From Candidatus Phycocordibacter aenigmaticus (GTDB lineage: Bacteria; Patescibacteriota; Minisyncoccia; Phycocordibacterales; Phycocordibacteraceae): 64,000 nucleotides of DNA. Location of the stretch: contig CP174359.1 in the NCBI GenBank assembly GCA_045401115.1, positions 355,247 to 419,246 of the forward strand. The letters are read 5' to 3'. Made by a program: the position numbers and the translations under genes. The notes beneath the pieces are model-generated. The model saw nothing but the letters and a program-made list of their open reading frames with translations. It did no database searches and was not told the DNA's origin. Each line of letters opens with the position of its first letter. Within the stretch, counting starts at the first letter, position 1. Of this stretch, positions 19,918 through 28,622 are shown piece after piece.

Positions 19918-21660
19918 TTAATTTCTAAAGAATGGCCACACTGACTCAGTGTGTACGTACCAGTCCTCAATCCCGGCAAAACGGTCGCTTGGTGTCGAAA
20001 TTGCACCGATAGTAACTCCGTTTAAAGTGGGCTCATGGACGTATGTAAAATGTGGCGCGTAGAGGAATATTGCCGCTGTCTCTCGAGCAATTTCTTCAGC
20101 TGCATCTAATGCAATAGTGCGCCTATCTTCAGGGTCAAGTGTACTTCGTGCGCTTTCAAGTAATTTGTCGGCAGTAATATTTGCATATAGTGCAATATTT
20201 AAACCTGGATCATTACGTTGACTTGAATGCCAGAATGCAAATAAATCAGGTTCACGGCCAACAACAAGTCCAAAAAGAAGTGCATCGTATGAACGTGGGC
20301 GTATCACCTCTAAGTTAAGATCGTTATGGTCAAAGAATTCAAGTCGTACCTCAGCGCCCAGCTCCCGCCAGGTTTGGGCAACTGCTTCAGCAGCAGTTTT
20401 TAGTTCAGGTGCGTTGCCGGTGGTGACGGTAAAGGAGAGACGTTTTTTTTCATCGCTACCTTTTTCTAATACACCATCTTCACCTGGCTGCCAACCATAT
20501 TCTGCAAGAAGCTCACGCGCCTGAGCGATACGATCGTTTTCAGATTGTACCATCTCGTTGTCGAGTACTTCTTGAGGAGGGAGGGGGCCAGAAAGAGGTG
20601 TCCCGTAGCCATTGAGTACTGTATCGATAATCAATTGTTTGTCAAGCGCACTGTCAAGCGCAATTCGGACTATCTCATCAGTGAAAAGGTCTTGTTGATT
20701 TTGATTAAAGAATATACCGAAAACGCGCGAGAAAATTGCTTCTTTAACAACATGTTCATTCTTCACTTTCTCGTTCACATTGAAAGAAATCGAATGCGCG
20801 GCGTCTATAGTGCCATTCAATAGAGCGTCGGTGAGTGTTTGTTGGTTTGGATAAAAACGAAAGTTGAGTGTTGTGATATATGGCATGTCTGCGGTGGTAC
20901 CTGCTGCGGTAAGTCGGTACATAGAAGCGACGCCAGATGTGTTCTTTTTTATGGTATCCACACGGTACGGACCTGAGCCAACTGGGTCGGTATTAAGGTC
21001 GCTGAAAGGGAACTCTTCAGGGGTAATGTCTTCCCATAGATGTTTAGGGAGAATTCCTAGTGTGGTATTTTCCAGGAAAAGTCCATATGGTTCGCGAAGC
21101 ATAAATTGAACCGTTTTTTCATCAAGCGCTTGTACGGTGACCCCTTCCCAGTTTGCACGTCGTGGACTTTTAATATCTGGATTTTGAGCATACTGTACGG
21201 TAAATACGACATCTTCAGCATCAATAGGATGTCCATCATGAAATTTAATATCGTCTTTCATGGTGAACGTATATACCAATCCATCAGGAGATATTTCGTA
21301 ATTTGCCGCTAGATAAGGATTAAGGCTTCCATCGGAATGTGCACGCATCAGTCCTCCAAAGACTAATAACGTAATATCTTTATCGGTTTCAGATAATGAA
21401 AGAAGTGGATTAATAAATCGAGGGCTTCCAATAACTCCTTCAGTATGTGTACCGCCACGTACTGGTACTTTTTCAGAAATACCACTACTGGCACCAGCAA
21501 ATAATATACCAGCGCCAAGTATGGTTATAAAAAAGAATATACCAACAATAAACCAATCAGATGGTTTTAAAATGGCAACTATACGTTGTTCGGCACGATG
21601 TATTCCGCCAAGTGTATAGTTTTTATTACAAAAACGTAGTAATTCAGAGAAGAGTTTCAT
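19918..21660 (-). CDS. ABC transporter peptide-binding protein (family 5)
   Basis: S.DG..YTF, FHDG.P..AEDV.FT and PVGSGPY motifs. Confidence 0.88.
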   Translation of the reverse strand: MKLFSELLRFCNKNYTLGGIHRAEQRIVAILKPSDWFIVGIFFFITILGAGILFAGASSGISEKVPVRGGTHTEGVIGSPRFINPLLSLSETDKDITLLVFGGLMRAHSDGSLNPYLAANYEISPDGLVYTFTMKDDIKFHDGHPIDAEDVVFTVQYAQNPDIKSPRRANWEGVTVQALDEKTVQFMLREPYGLFLENTTLGILPKHLWEDITPEEFPFSDLNTDPVGSGPYRVDTIKKNTSGVASMYRLTAAGTTADMPYITTLNFRFYPNQQTLTDALLNGTIDAAHSISFNVNEKVKNEHVVKEAIFSRVFGIFFNQNQQDLFTDEIVRIALDSALDKQLIIDTVLNGYGTPLSGPLPPQEVLDNEMVQSENDRIAQARELLAEYGWQPGEDGVLEKGSDEKKRLSFTVTTGNAPELKTAAEAVAQTWRELGAEVRLEFFDHNDLNLEVIRPRSYDALLFGLVVGREPDLFAFWHSSQRNDPGLNIALYANITADKLLESARSTLDPEDRRTIALDAAEEIARETAAIFLYAPHFTYVHEPTLNGVTIGAISTPSDRFAGIEDWYVHTESVWPFFRN

Positions 21661-21724
21661 CTGCTTTCTCTCAGTGAGATGGGGCGTAATGTATATAACG
21701 TGTGTGGCCCTTAATAACTAATTA

Positions 21725-21955
21725 TTAAATAACCAATGCAATGATTGCAGTGAGAGCAAATAATACTGCTACGGCAATAGTGCCTTGAAAGAGTAGTTTT
21801 TCTGCGCCACGACGAGTTGCGTATGTTTGGTTTACTTCACCACCACCAAAAGCACCACCAAGACCCGCTCCACGTTGTTGCAGTAAAATACCGCCGATGA
21901 GGAGGAGTGAGAGCACAATTTGTGCGATTGAGAGTAGGGTTTCAAATGAATCCAT
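21725..21955 (-). CDS. secG: Preprotein translocase subunit SecG
   Basis: ILLQQRGAGLGGAFGG...TRRGAEK, two TM helices. Confidence 0.9.
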   Translation of the reverse strand: MDSFETLLSIAQIVLSLLLIGGILLQQRGAGLGGAFGGGEVNQTYATRRGAEKLLFQGTIAVAVLFALTAIIALVI

Positions 21956-22196
21956 AGCTGCTTCTCGTCTTACGAGGAAGCATAGCACACTCATATATAC
22001 AACGCTAGTGGGTATACGAAGTACTGTATGACTGATAGTATTCGTGCACAAGCATGAATTCTTGCGCTCTATCATCTTGGTTCGTTATAATGAGCGGCAC
22101 AGGGCACATACTTACGCGGAGATAGGTGGTAAAAAAAACGTGAGCATGTGTTCCACTACGTAACTTAATAAAGAATAATTAACAACACTATTCACT

Positions 22197-22538
22197 ATGG
22201 CAACAAAGAAAAAAGCAACAAAGAAAGATACAGGAAAAGCAGCAGTTCCGCTCAAGCCACTCAGTGATCGAGTGGTAATACGACCACTTTTACCGGAAGA
22301 AATGGGAACACAGACTGCATCGGGGATTATTATTCCTGAGACTGCGCAAGAGAAGGCGACAGAAGGGAAGGTGGTTGCGGTCGGTCCTGGTGCGTATGAT
22401 GACGGAGCATCAGTTCCTATGACCGTTGCTGTCGGTGATCGTGTTCTATTTAGTAAGTATGGAAACGAAGAAGTAAAAGTACAAGGACAAGAATATTTCA
22501 TTGTCTCTGAGTCAAATATTCTTGCAATTATTACGTAG
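22197..22538 (+). CDS. groS: Co-chaperonin GroES
   Basis: PLSDRV, SGIIIP and VGDRVLFSKYG motifs. Confidence 0.95.
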   Translation: MATKKKATKKDTGKAAVPLKPLSDRVVIRPLLPEEMGTQTASGIIIPETAQEKATEGKVVAVGPGAYDDGASVPMTVAVGDRVLFSKYGNEEVKVQGQEYFIVSESNILAIIT

Positions 22539-22579
22539 TTTATAAAATAATTTACTCACCAAAATAATAAATAATCACT

Positions 22580-24235
22580 ATGGCAAAAGATATTCTTTTT
22601 GACTCTGACGCACGTGCAACAGTAAAAGCGGGCATTGATAAAGCAGCGAATGCAGTAAAAGTAACTCTCGGTCCGCGTGGACGAAACGTAATCATTGATC
22701 GTGGCTATGGCGGCCCACATATGACGAATGATGGCGTAACAATCGCGAAAGAGATTTCGTTCAAGAATAAATTTGAAAACATGGGCGCCGAAATCGTGAA
22801 AGAGGTTGCCAATAAAACAAACGATCTTGCCGGAGATGGCACCACTACGTCGGTTGTGCTTCTCCAAGCACTCGTTGACGAGGGAATGCGTCACACCGCC
22901 ATGGGGCTTTCCGCTATGGGTATTCGCGCGGGGATGGAACAGGCGTCAAAAGATGTAGTGAGTGCACTTAAAGTATCTGCGAAGAAAATTCCTGAGAATT
23001 CAAGTGAAGAGATAAAACAAGTGGCTACTATTTCAGCAGAATCTGAAGCGATTGGTGAAAAGATTGCTGAAGTGATTCAGAAGGTTGGCAAAGATGGCGT
23101 GGTGAGTGTTGACGAATCACAAGGTACTGAAATTGAAACCGAGGTCGTAGAAGGTATGGAATTTGACCGTGGTTACGTATCTGCGTACATGGTAACGAAC
23201 CCTGAGCGACTTGAAGCTGAATATAAAGATGCGGCGATTTTAATTACTGATAAAAAGATTGCGTCTGTGCAAGAGATAGTACCTCTTCTTGAAAAGGTGG
23301 CACAGTCAGGTAAGAAAGAATTAGTTATTATTGCCGACGATATTGAAGGCGAAGCGTTAACTACGTTTGTGGTAAATAAACTTCGTGGTTCATTTTCAGT
23401 GCTTGGGATAAAAGCTCCTGGATATGGTGAACGTAAAAAAGATATGTTGGCGGATATCGCAGCAACCACAGGAGGTACGGTGGTAAGTGATGATGTCGGC
23501 ATGACTCTTGATAAAGTTGAAACAAATATGCTCGGTCGTGCGCAGAAAGTAGTTGCAACAAAAGACACCACTACTATCGTAGGAGGAAAAGGAAAGAAAG
23601 CGGATCTTGAAGAGCGGGTAGCATCATTGCGTGCACAGCACAAAGCGAGCGATTCTAAGTTTGATAAAGAAAAACTGGAAGAACGTATTGCAAAACTTGC
23701 CGGTGGTGTTGCGGTGATTCGTGTGGGTGCGGCAACCGAGACTGAAATGAAATACCTTAAAGACAAAATTGATGACGCGGTTGCGGCAACTAAAGCAGCA
23801 ATTATGGAAGGTATTGTTCCTGGTGGTGGCGCAGCGCTTGTGAAAGCTGCATCAAAGGTAGCTGAAAAAATGAAGTGGGACAGTATGGATCAAGCTGAAG
23901 CGACTGGGTATCGTATTGTCCTTGAAGCGCTGAAGCAACCACTTAAGCAGATTGCGTTAAATGCAGGTAAAGAGGGTGCAGTAATTGTTGGCGACGTAAT
24001 GCGCGGTAAGGCGAACAGTGGCTATGACGCTCTTAAAGATGAGCTCGTACCTGATATGATTGCAGCAGGAATTATTGATCCGGTCCGAGTGGCTCGAGGT
24101 AGTGTTGAGCACGCTGTTTCAGCGGCAGCAATTCTTCTCACCACTGAGGCGGCAATTGCCGAAGATCCGGACGATGAGAAAGAAAGCAGCGCCGGTGCTG
24201 GCGGCGGCATGCCGGGAATGGGTATGGGAATGTAA
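22580..24235 (+). CDS. groL: Chaperonin GroEL
   Basis: TLGPRGRN, GDGTTT and the GGM tail. Confidence 0.97.
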   Translation: MAKDILFDSDARATVKAGIDKAANAVKVTLGPRGRNVIIDRGYGGPHMTNDGVTIAKEISFKNKFENMGAEIVKEVANKTNDLAGDGTTTSVVLLQALVDEGMRHTAMGLSAMGIRAGMEQASKDVVSALKVSAKKIPENSSEEIKQVATISAESEAIGEKIAEVIQKVGKDGVVSVDESQGTEIETEVVEGMEFDRGYVSAYMVTNPERLEAEYKDAAILITDKKIASVQEIVPLLEKVAQSGKKELVIIADDIEGEALTTFVVNKLRGSFSVLGIKAPGYGERKKDMLADIAATTGGTVVSDDVGMTLDKVETNMLGRAQKVVATKDTTTIVGGKGKKADLEERVASLRAQHKASDSKFDKEKLEERIAKLAGGVAVIRVGAATETEMKYLKDKIDDAVAATKAAIMEGIVPGGGAALVKAASKVAEKMKWDSMDQAEATGYRIVLEALKQPLKQIALNAGKEGAVIVGDVMRGKANSGYDALKDELVPDMIAAGIIDPVRVARGSVEHAVSAAAILLTTEAAIAEDPDDEKESSAGAGGGMPGMGMGM

Positions 24236-24264
24236 TCCGTGATTATATTGCCCGTTATCTTTTT

Positions 24265-24296
24265 AATAAACGGCTCACCATAGTGAGCCGTTTATT
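24265..24296. repeat. Palindrome family copy 2
   Basis: AATAAACGGCTCAC-CATA-GTGAGCCGTTTATT after groL. Confidence 0.85.
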
Positions 24297-24336
24297 TTTA
24301 TTCATTTTTTTAATAGATGTTTGATATACTACAGAC

Positions 24337-24900
24337 ATGACACCTATATATATTATTCTTGCTGTTGTAGCAGTGGCACTCGGTTGGTTCATTGCTACGT
24401 ATAACGGTTTTATTCGTCTTATCAATCGAACTAAAGAGGCATGGGCTGACATTGATGTTCAGTTGAAGCGCCGGTATGACCTGATTCCAAATCTTGTGGA
24501 TACAGTAAAAGGCTATGCAACTCATGAAAAAGAAACTTTGCAAAAAGTAACTGAAGCGCGCACCAGCGCGATGAATGCAACTGGTACTGCTGAAAAGGCA
24601 CAGGCTGAAAACATGCTTTCAGACACATTAAAGAGCTTATTTGCTGTTGCAGAAAGTTATCCTGATTTAAAAGCAAATGAAAACTTTTTAGAGCTACAGC
24701 GAGAACTCTCAGATACTGAGAATAAAATTCAAGCAGCACGTCGGTTTTATAACACCAATGTGCGTGACCTTAACATTATGGTAGAGCAGTTTCCTGCAAA
24801 CATAGTTGCAGGTATCTTCAAGTTTACGCAAAATGACTTCTTTGAATTAGCTGAGGGTGAACAAGAAGCTCGAGACCCTGTTAAGGTTTCCTTTGACTAG
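24337..24900 (+). CDS. lemA: LemA family protein
   Basis: W.DIDVQLKRRYDLIPNLV, E.YPDLKA and ARRFYN motifs. Confidence 0.93.
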   Translation: MTPIYIILAVVAVALGWFIATYNGFIRLINRTKEAWADIDVQLKRRYDLIPNLVDTVKGYATHEKETLQKVTEARTSAMNATGTAEKAQAENMLSDTLKSLFAVAESYPDLKANENFLELQRELSDTENKIQAARRFYNTNVRDLNIMVEQFPANIVAGIFKFTQNDFFELAEGEQEARDPVKVSFD

Positions 24901-24911
24901 TTACAAGTCCT

Positions 24912-25286
24912 ATGGGCCGCGTATACTACAATAAGTTAGTACGTGACAAAATAGAAGAGAAAATTCACAGCAAAGGTGAATCGTGTGAGGTGCGCAGCAT
25001 TGAAAATATTGCGGAATTTGAGCAAGAACTTCTCAAAAAAATAACTGAAGAGGCAACAGCACTATCCCGCGTGCGTTCTCGGAGCGAATTCCTCAATGAG
25101 TATGCTGACCTGATGGTAGTACTTGATACCCTTACCAGAGAGCTTGAGTTTTCTGAGGCAGATATAAAAACAGCGATTTCTGAAAACATTAAAGAAAAAG
25201 GAGGATTTTCAAAAAAACATTTTCTTATATGGTCTGAAGATGCTAATTATATGAGTAATGAGACTCCGCAAGGTATAAAAAAATAA
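24912..25286 (+). CDS. MazG-like nucleoside triphosphate pyrophosphohydrolase
   Basis: YNKLVRDKI, EEA..., EYADL and KGGF motifs. Confidence 0.75.
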   Translation: MGRVYYNKLVRDKIEEKIHSKGESCEVRSIENIAEFEQELLKKITEEATALSRVRSRSEFLNEYADLMVVLDTLTRELEFSEADIKTAISENIKEKGGFSKKHFLIWSEDANYMSNETPQGIKK

Positions 25287-25288
25287 CT

Positions 25289-26188
25289 ATGGCTTCACTC
25301 TATACAGATGCAGACAAAAATATACGTAAGACGTGGTTCTTAATGCTCACGTTCTTCTTTGTTGTGGTCGGCTTAGGTTGGGCTTTTTCATATATCTTCG
25401 AGAGTCCGCTTATTTTAATTGTTGCCGTAGTATTTTCTGTGGTGATGAACATTGGTAGTTTTTGGTATTCAGATAAACTAGCACTCGCTACCAGTGGTGC
25501 AAAGTCAGCAGATGAAAAAGAATTTCTTGAGGTGCATCGCATCCTTGAAAATTTATCTATCGCCACCGGTATTCCAAAGCCGCGTTTGTATATCATCAAT
25601 GATCCGGCACCGAACGCGTTTGCCACTGGTCGCGATTATAAACACGCAGCAATTGCTGTGACCACCGGATTGCTTTCTATGATGGAGCGCAGTGAACTCG
25701 AAGGGGTGATTGCGCATGAGCTTTCGCATATTAAAAACCGTGACACGTTGGTGATGACCGTGGTGGTAGTGCTTCTCGGTTTTGTGACACTCCTCTCTGA
25801 TTTCTTCCTCCGTAGTATGTTGTGGGGCGGTATGAGTGGAAATGGCGGGGGAGAGCGTGACGGCAGAATGCAAATGATTATGATTGTCGCTGGTTTTGTG
25901 CTCGCCATTTTCGCACCGATTGTGGCGCAGCTCATTCAATTTGCTATTTCACGTAAGCGCGAATTCTTGGCAGATGCATCTGGTGCATTGATGACGCGTT
26001 ACCCTGAGGGGCTTGCTAGTGCACTTGAAAAAATCGGTGCGTATAAAGCGCCTATGAAGCGTGCCAATCATGCCACCGCCCACCTCTTTATTGGGAATCC
26101 ATTCGGCGCAAAAGCAATGAAGGGAATGAATCGCCTGTTTTCAACGCACCCACCAGTAGAAGAACGTATCGCCGCGCTACTTAAATAA
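25289..26188 (+). CDS. htpX: Zinc metalloprotease HtpX (M48)
   Basis: PNAFATG, HELSH, SRKREFLAD and STHPP motifs. Confidence 0.93.
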   Translation: MASLYTDADKNIRKTWFLMLTFFFVVVGLGWAFSYIFESPLILIVAVVFSVVMNIGSFWYSDKLALATSGAKSADEKEFLEVHRILENLSIATGIPKPRLYIINDPAPNAFATGRDYKHAAIAVTTGLLSMMERSELEGVIAHELSHIKNRDTLVMTVVVVLLGFVTLLSDFFLRSMLWGGMSGNGGGERDGRMQMIMIVAGFVLAIFAPIVAQLIQFAISRKREFLADASGALMTRYPEGLASALEKIGAYKAPMKRANHATAHLFIGNPFGAKAMKGMNRLFSTHPPVEERIAALLK

Positions 26189-26223
26189 ACACACCATCAT
26201 ACAATACAGCGGTGTTTTTTGGT

Positions 26224-26364
26224 TTATATATCGTTCTTAATGGTTCCTTTAAATGCCTCAGCAGCCGCCACAAAAGCGCCTTGTTGCATAAGGGCTAATT
26301 GTTTATGTGTTTTGGCTTGTTCATAATGAGCAACCGCCTGAGGATCTCGTTCTCGTGATGCCAT
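26224..26364 (-). CDS. Possible 46-aa small protein (MASRERDPQAVAHYEQAK...)
   Basis: ORF read manually, below the track cutoff. It fills the htpX-tRNA gap and has a helical, protein-like composition. Confidence 0.35.
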   Translation of the reverse strand: MASRERDPQAVAHYEQAKTHKQLALMQQGAFVAAAEAFKGTIKNDI

Positions 26365-26464
26365 ATCTTTTGTATAAGAGAGGGTTACCTCCTCTTATAG
26401 GAAGAACCTGGTTGTGAGCAGTGAGGTTACTAATACATTTTAATTTTGTTATAAAGAGTGTCAC

Positions 26465-26551
26465 GGAGGAGTGGCTGAGTGGTCGAAGGCGCTCGCTTGG
26501 AAAGCGAGTGTGGGTTTACACCCACCGCAGGTTCGAATCCTGTCTCCTCCG
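26465..26551 (+). tRNA. tRNA-Ser(GGA)
   Basis: GGAGGAG/CTCCTCC acceptor, CTCGC-TTGGAAA-GCGAG anticodon arm, long variable arm, GGTTCGAATCC. No encoded CCA. Confidence 0.95.
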
Positions 26552-26736
26552 CAGATGTCTAAGAAAATGCGAAAGCGTTTGATTAGAAAAAGCTGCGCAA
26601 GGAGAGAGAATTCGAACGGGAAGGGGGTCGGGGAAACGGGAGTTTCCCCGTGGCGGAATGAGGCGAAGCCGGACATAAAACCGAGGGGTTTTATGAGCGC
26701 AGCGAAGCGAGCAGTGAGATTCCTGTCTCCTCCGCA
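26552..26736 (+). other. tRNA-3'-associated structured element, family A
   Basis: Antisense tRNA-end copy at 26593-26617. Core shared with the Arg element. 16-bp direct repeat of the tRNA end (26538-26553 = 26721-26736). Confidence 0.85.
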
Positions 26737-26963
26737 CTAAACAAAAGGATTGGCTTTGTGCTAGTGCTTTTGTTTTATATAAGGAGCGGCAGGATGAGAA
26801 GCAAGATGCTGGGAGCGTAAATTTTCTTGAGTGAGACGAGGTGGACAACTCTTGCTTGTGAACTCCTTTCTGACGGTGTATTTTAAAGACGGCTTGAACG
26901 GATTTCTAACCTTGTGCTACTCCTCGTGGATCGGTGTTGGTGGAGCAATAAAGCCGCTTTATT

Positions 26964-27584
26964 ATGAAAAAACGTTCAAAAAATCTCCGACACTATTTCT
27001 TAAAGGACATTAATCCTGTTATTCGTTTCTTGATAATCTCTGATACAGCGCTTGTTGGAGCAGCTGGATTACTTGCACCAATTTTTGCGCTTTTCGTCGA
27101 AGATTTCATTGTCGGCGGAAATGCTGCGGTAGCTGGTATAGCCGCGGGTGTGTATCTTTTTTCGAGAAGTATACTCCAAATCCCTATTGCACATCTTATG
27201 GATAAAATTTGCGGAGAAAGGGATGATTTTTGGTTCCTATTCTCTTTTTCAATCCTCTTTAGTGTTGTGCCACTTTTTTATCTTGTGATTCAAACTCCGC
27301 TTCAGCTGTATGGTGTCCAGTTTATTCTTGGTTTATTCACTGCGTTTACCTACCCTGCATTTATGGCAATTTTTACGCGCCATATTGACAAAGGAAGAGA
27401 AGGTACGGAGTGGGGTGTTTATTTCACTCTTACAGATGTTACAAGTGCTGCGCTCGCGGTTATCGGTGGTTATGTAGCGATATCGGCAGGATTTCCTGTT
27501 CTCATAACTATAGTCGTATCAATGTCTCTCCTTGGCGCTCTACTCTTACTCCCAATCCGACCATATATCAAACTAAAAGACTGA
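26964..27584 (+). CDS. Half-size (6-TM) MFS-like transporter
   Basis: 206 aa, six hydrophobic segments, MFS-like A.LMDKICGER and FTRHIDKGREG motifs. Confidence 0.75.
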   Translation: MKKRSKNLRHYFLKDINPVIRFLIISDTALVGAAGLLAPIFALFVEDFIVGGNAAVAGIAAGVYLFSRSILQIPIAHLMDKICGERDDFWFLFSFSILFSVVPLFYLVIQTPLQLYGVQFILGLFTAFTYPAFMAIFTRHIDKGREGTEWGVYFTLTDVTSAALAVIGGYVAISAGFPVLITIVVSMSLLGALLLLPIRPYIKLKD

Positions 27585-27724
27585 TTACATTTTTGAATAA
27601 AAGTGCGAATATCATTCATATTGCACTGGATATTAGTTGCGTTTATTTTAAAACACGGTATTGTGTGGGCAGCTCGCTAGTTCCTCCATTATTTAGTTGG
27701 GAAAGAGATAGAGCAAGAAAGTTC

Positions 27725-28012
27725 ATGGGTAAGAAATTATTTGTCGGCAATGTGCCGTACCAGATTACTGAAGACGAACTTCGTCAGGCTTTTTCAGAAG
27801 CCGGAAACGTTGAATCAGTAGCAATTATCACCGATAAAATGACCGGTCGTCCTCGTGGCTTCGTGTTTGTTGAAATGTCAACAGACGAAGAAGCACAGAA
27901 AGCGATCGAGCTTTTGGACGGTAAAGATATGGGTGGGCGCACATTGAACGTCAACATTGCTAAGCCTCGTGAGGATAAACCTCAAGGTGATGGCTACAAC
28001 AGAGGATACTAA
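27725..28012 (+). CDS. RRM-domain RNA-binding protein
   Basis: LFVGNV (RNP2) and RGFVFVEM (RNP1). Confidence 0.92.
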   Translation: MGKKLFVGNVPYQITEDELRQAFSEAGNVESVAIITDKMTGRPRGFVFVEMSTDEEAQKAIELLDGKDMGGRTLNVNIAKPREDKPQGDGYNRGY

Positions 28013-28027
28013 CTTGTAATTCTCTTC

Positions 28028-28056
28028 AAAAAACCCCCGCCAAGCGGGGGTTTTTT
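28028..28056 (+). terminator. Intrinsic terminator
   Basis: CCCCCGC-CAA-GCGGGGG followed by a T-run. Confidence 0.7.
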
Positions 28057-28118
28057 GTTTCCTCATGATATCGTGGTATAATAATTTTTAGCTATCTAAG
28101 AAATTAGGTAGCTTTTAA

Positions 28119-28526
28119 GCACCAGGTAATGGCGCCTGCGCTTGTAAAAAAGCCGGGTGAGGAAAGTCCGAACATGTATTTCAGTGTACGCTGATCTAAA
28201 AAGGTAGCGGGTAACTCCCGCACACTCCTCAAGTGAATAGGCTTCATATTATGTGAGGTATAGGAGTGAGCGTTGCGAGCAGAGACGCCGGCGGAGAAAT
28301 CCAAAGGCTCCAGCCCTCGTTTTATATTTATATAAAACGAGGGCTGGATGACACTCCTAGCAATAGGAGATTGAAACGGCTAAATACGTACTTACATGCA
28401 AGGCCGTGTCTAGTATGGGAAACCATATTTGGAAGTGCCGCATGAGGTGTTTGGCAACAAACATCCTAGATAAATCATTATCACACTATGCCAAGCATAG
28501 TGATACAGAATTCGGCTTATCGGTGC
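28119..28526 (+). ncRNA. rnpB: RNase P RNA
   Basis: GAGGAAAGTCCG (P4 5' strand) and ACAGAATTCGGCTTAT (P4 3' strand). GCACC/GGTGC terminal P1. TATAAT lies upstream at ~28077. Confidence 0.9.
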
Positions 28527-28622
28527 GAACTATTCACAGTCACATGAAAACACCTCGTTTTGTAACGGGGTGTTTTCTTTTATAATGGTACAATAAAACA
28601 GTATTATCATATTTTATTTTTT

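Noticed and set aside
21980-22196. CIRCE operator upstream of groES
   Set aside because: No TTAGCACTC-N9-GAGTGCTAA match, only a partial TAGCAC.
26552-26736. Elements interpreted as prophage/ICE att sites or group I/II tRNA introns
   Set aside because: Only ~180-270 bp lie between the repeats, there is no integrase, the upstream tRNA is intact, and no group I core or group II domain V was recognised. A remnant origin is not excluded.
26461-26848. ORFs overlapping tRNAs and their elements (also 35969-36166, 37156-37736, 43987-44268, 49747-50070)
   Set aside because: They overlap tRNA genes or GC-rich structured sequence and translate to typical shadow peptides.
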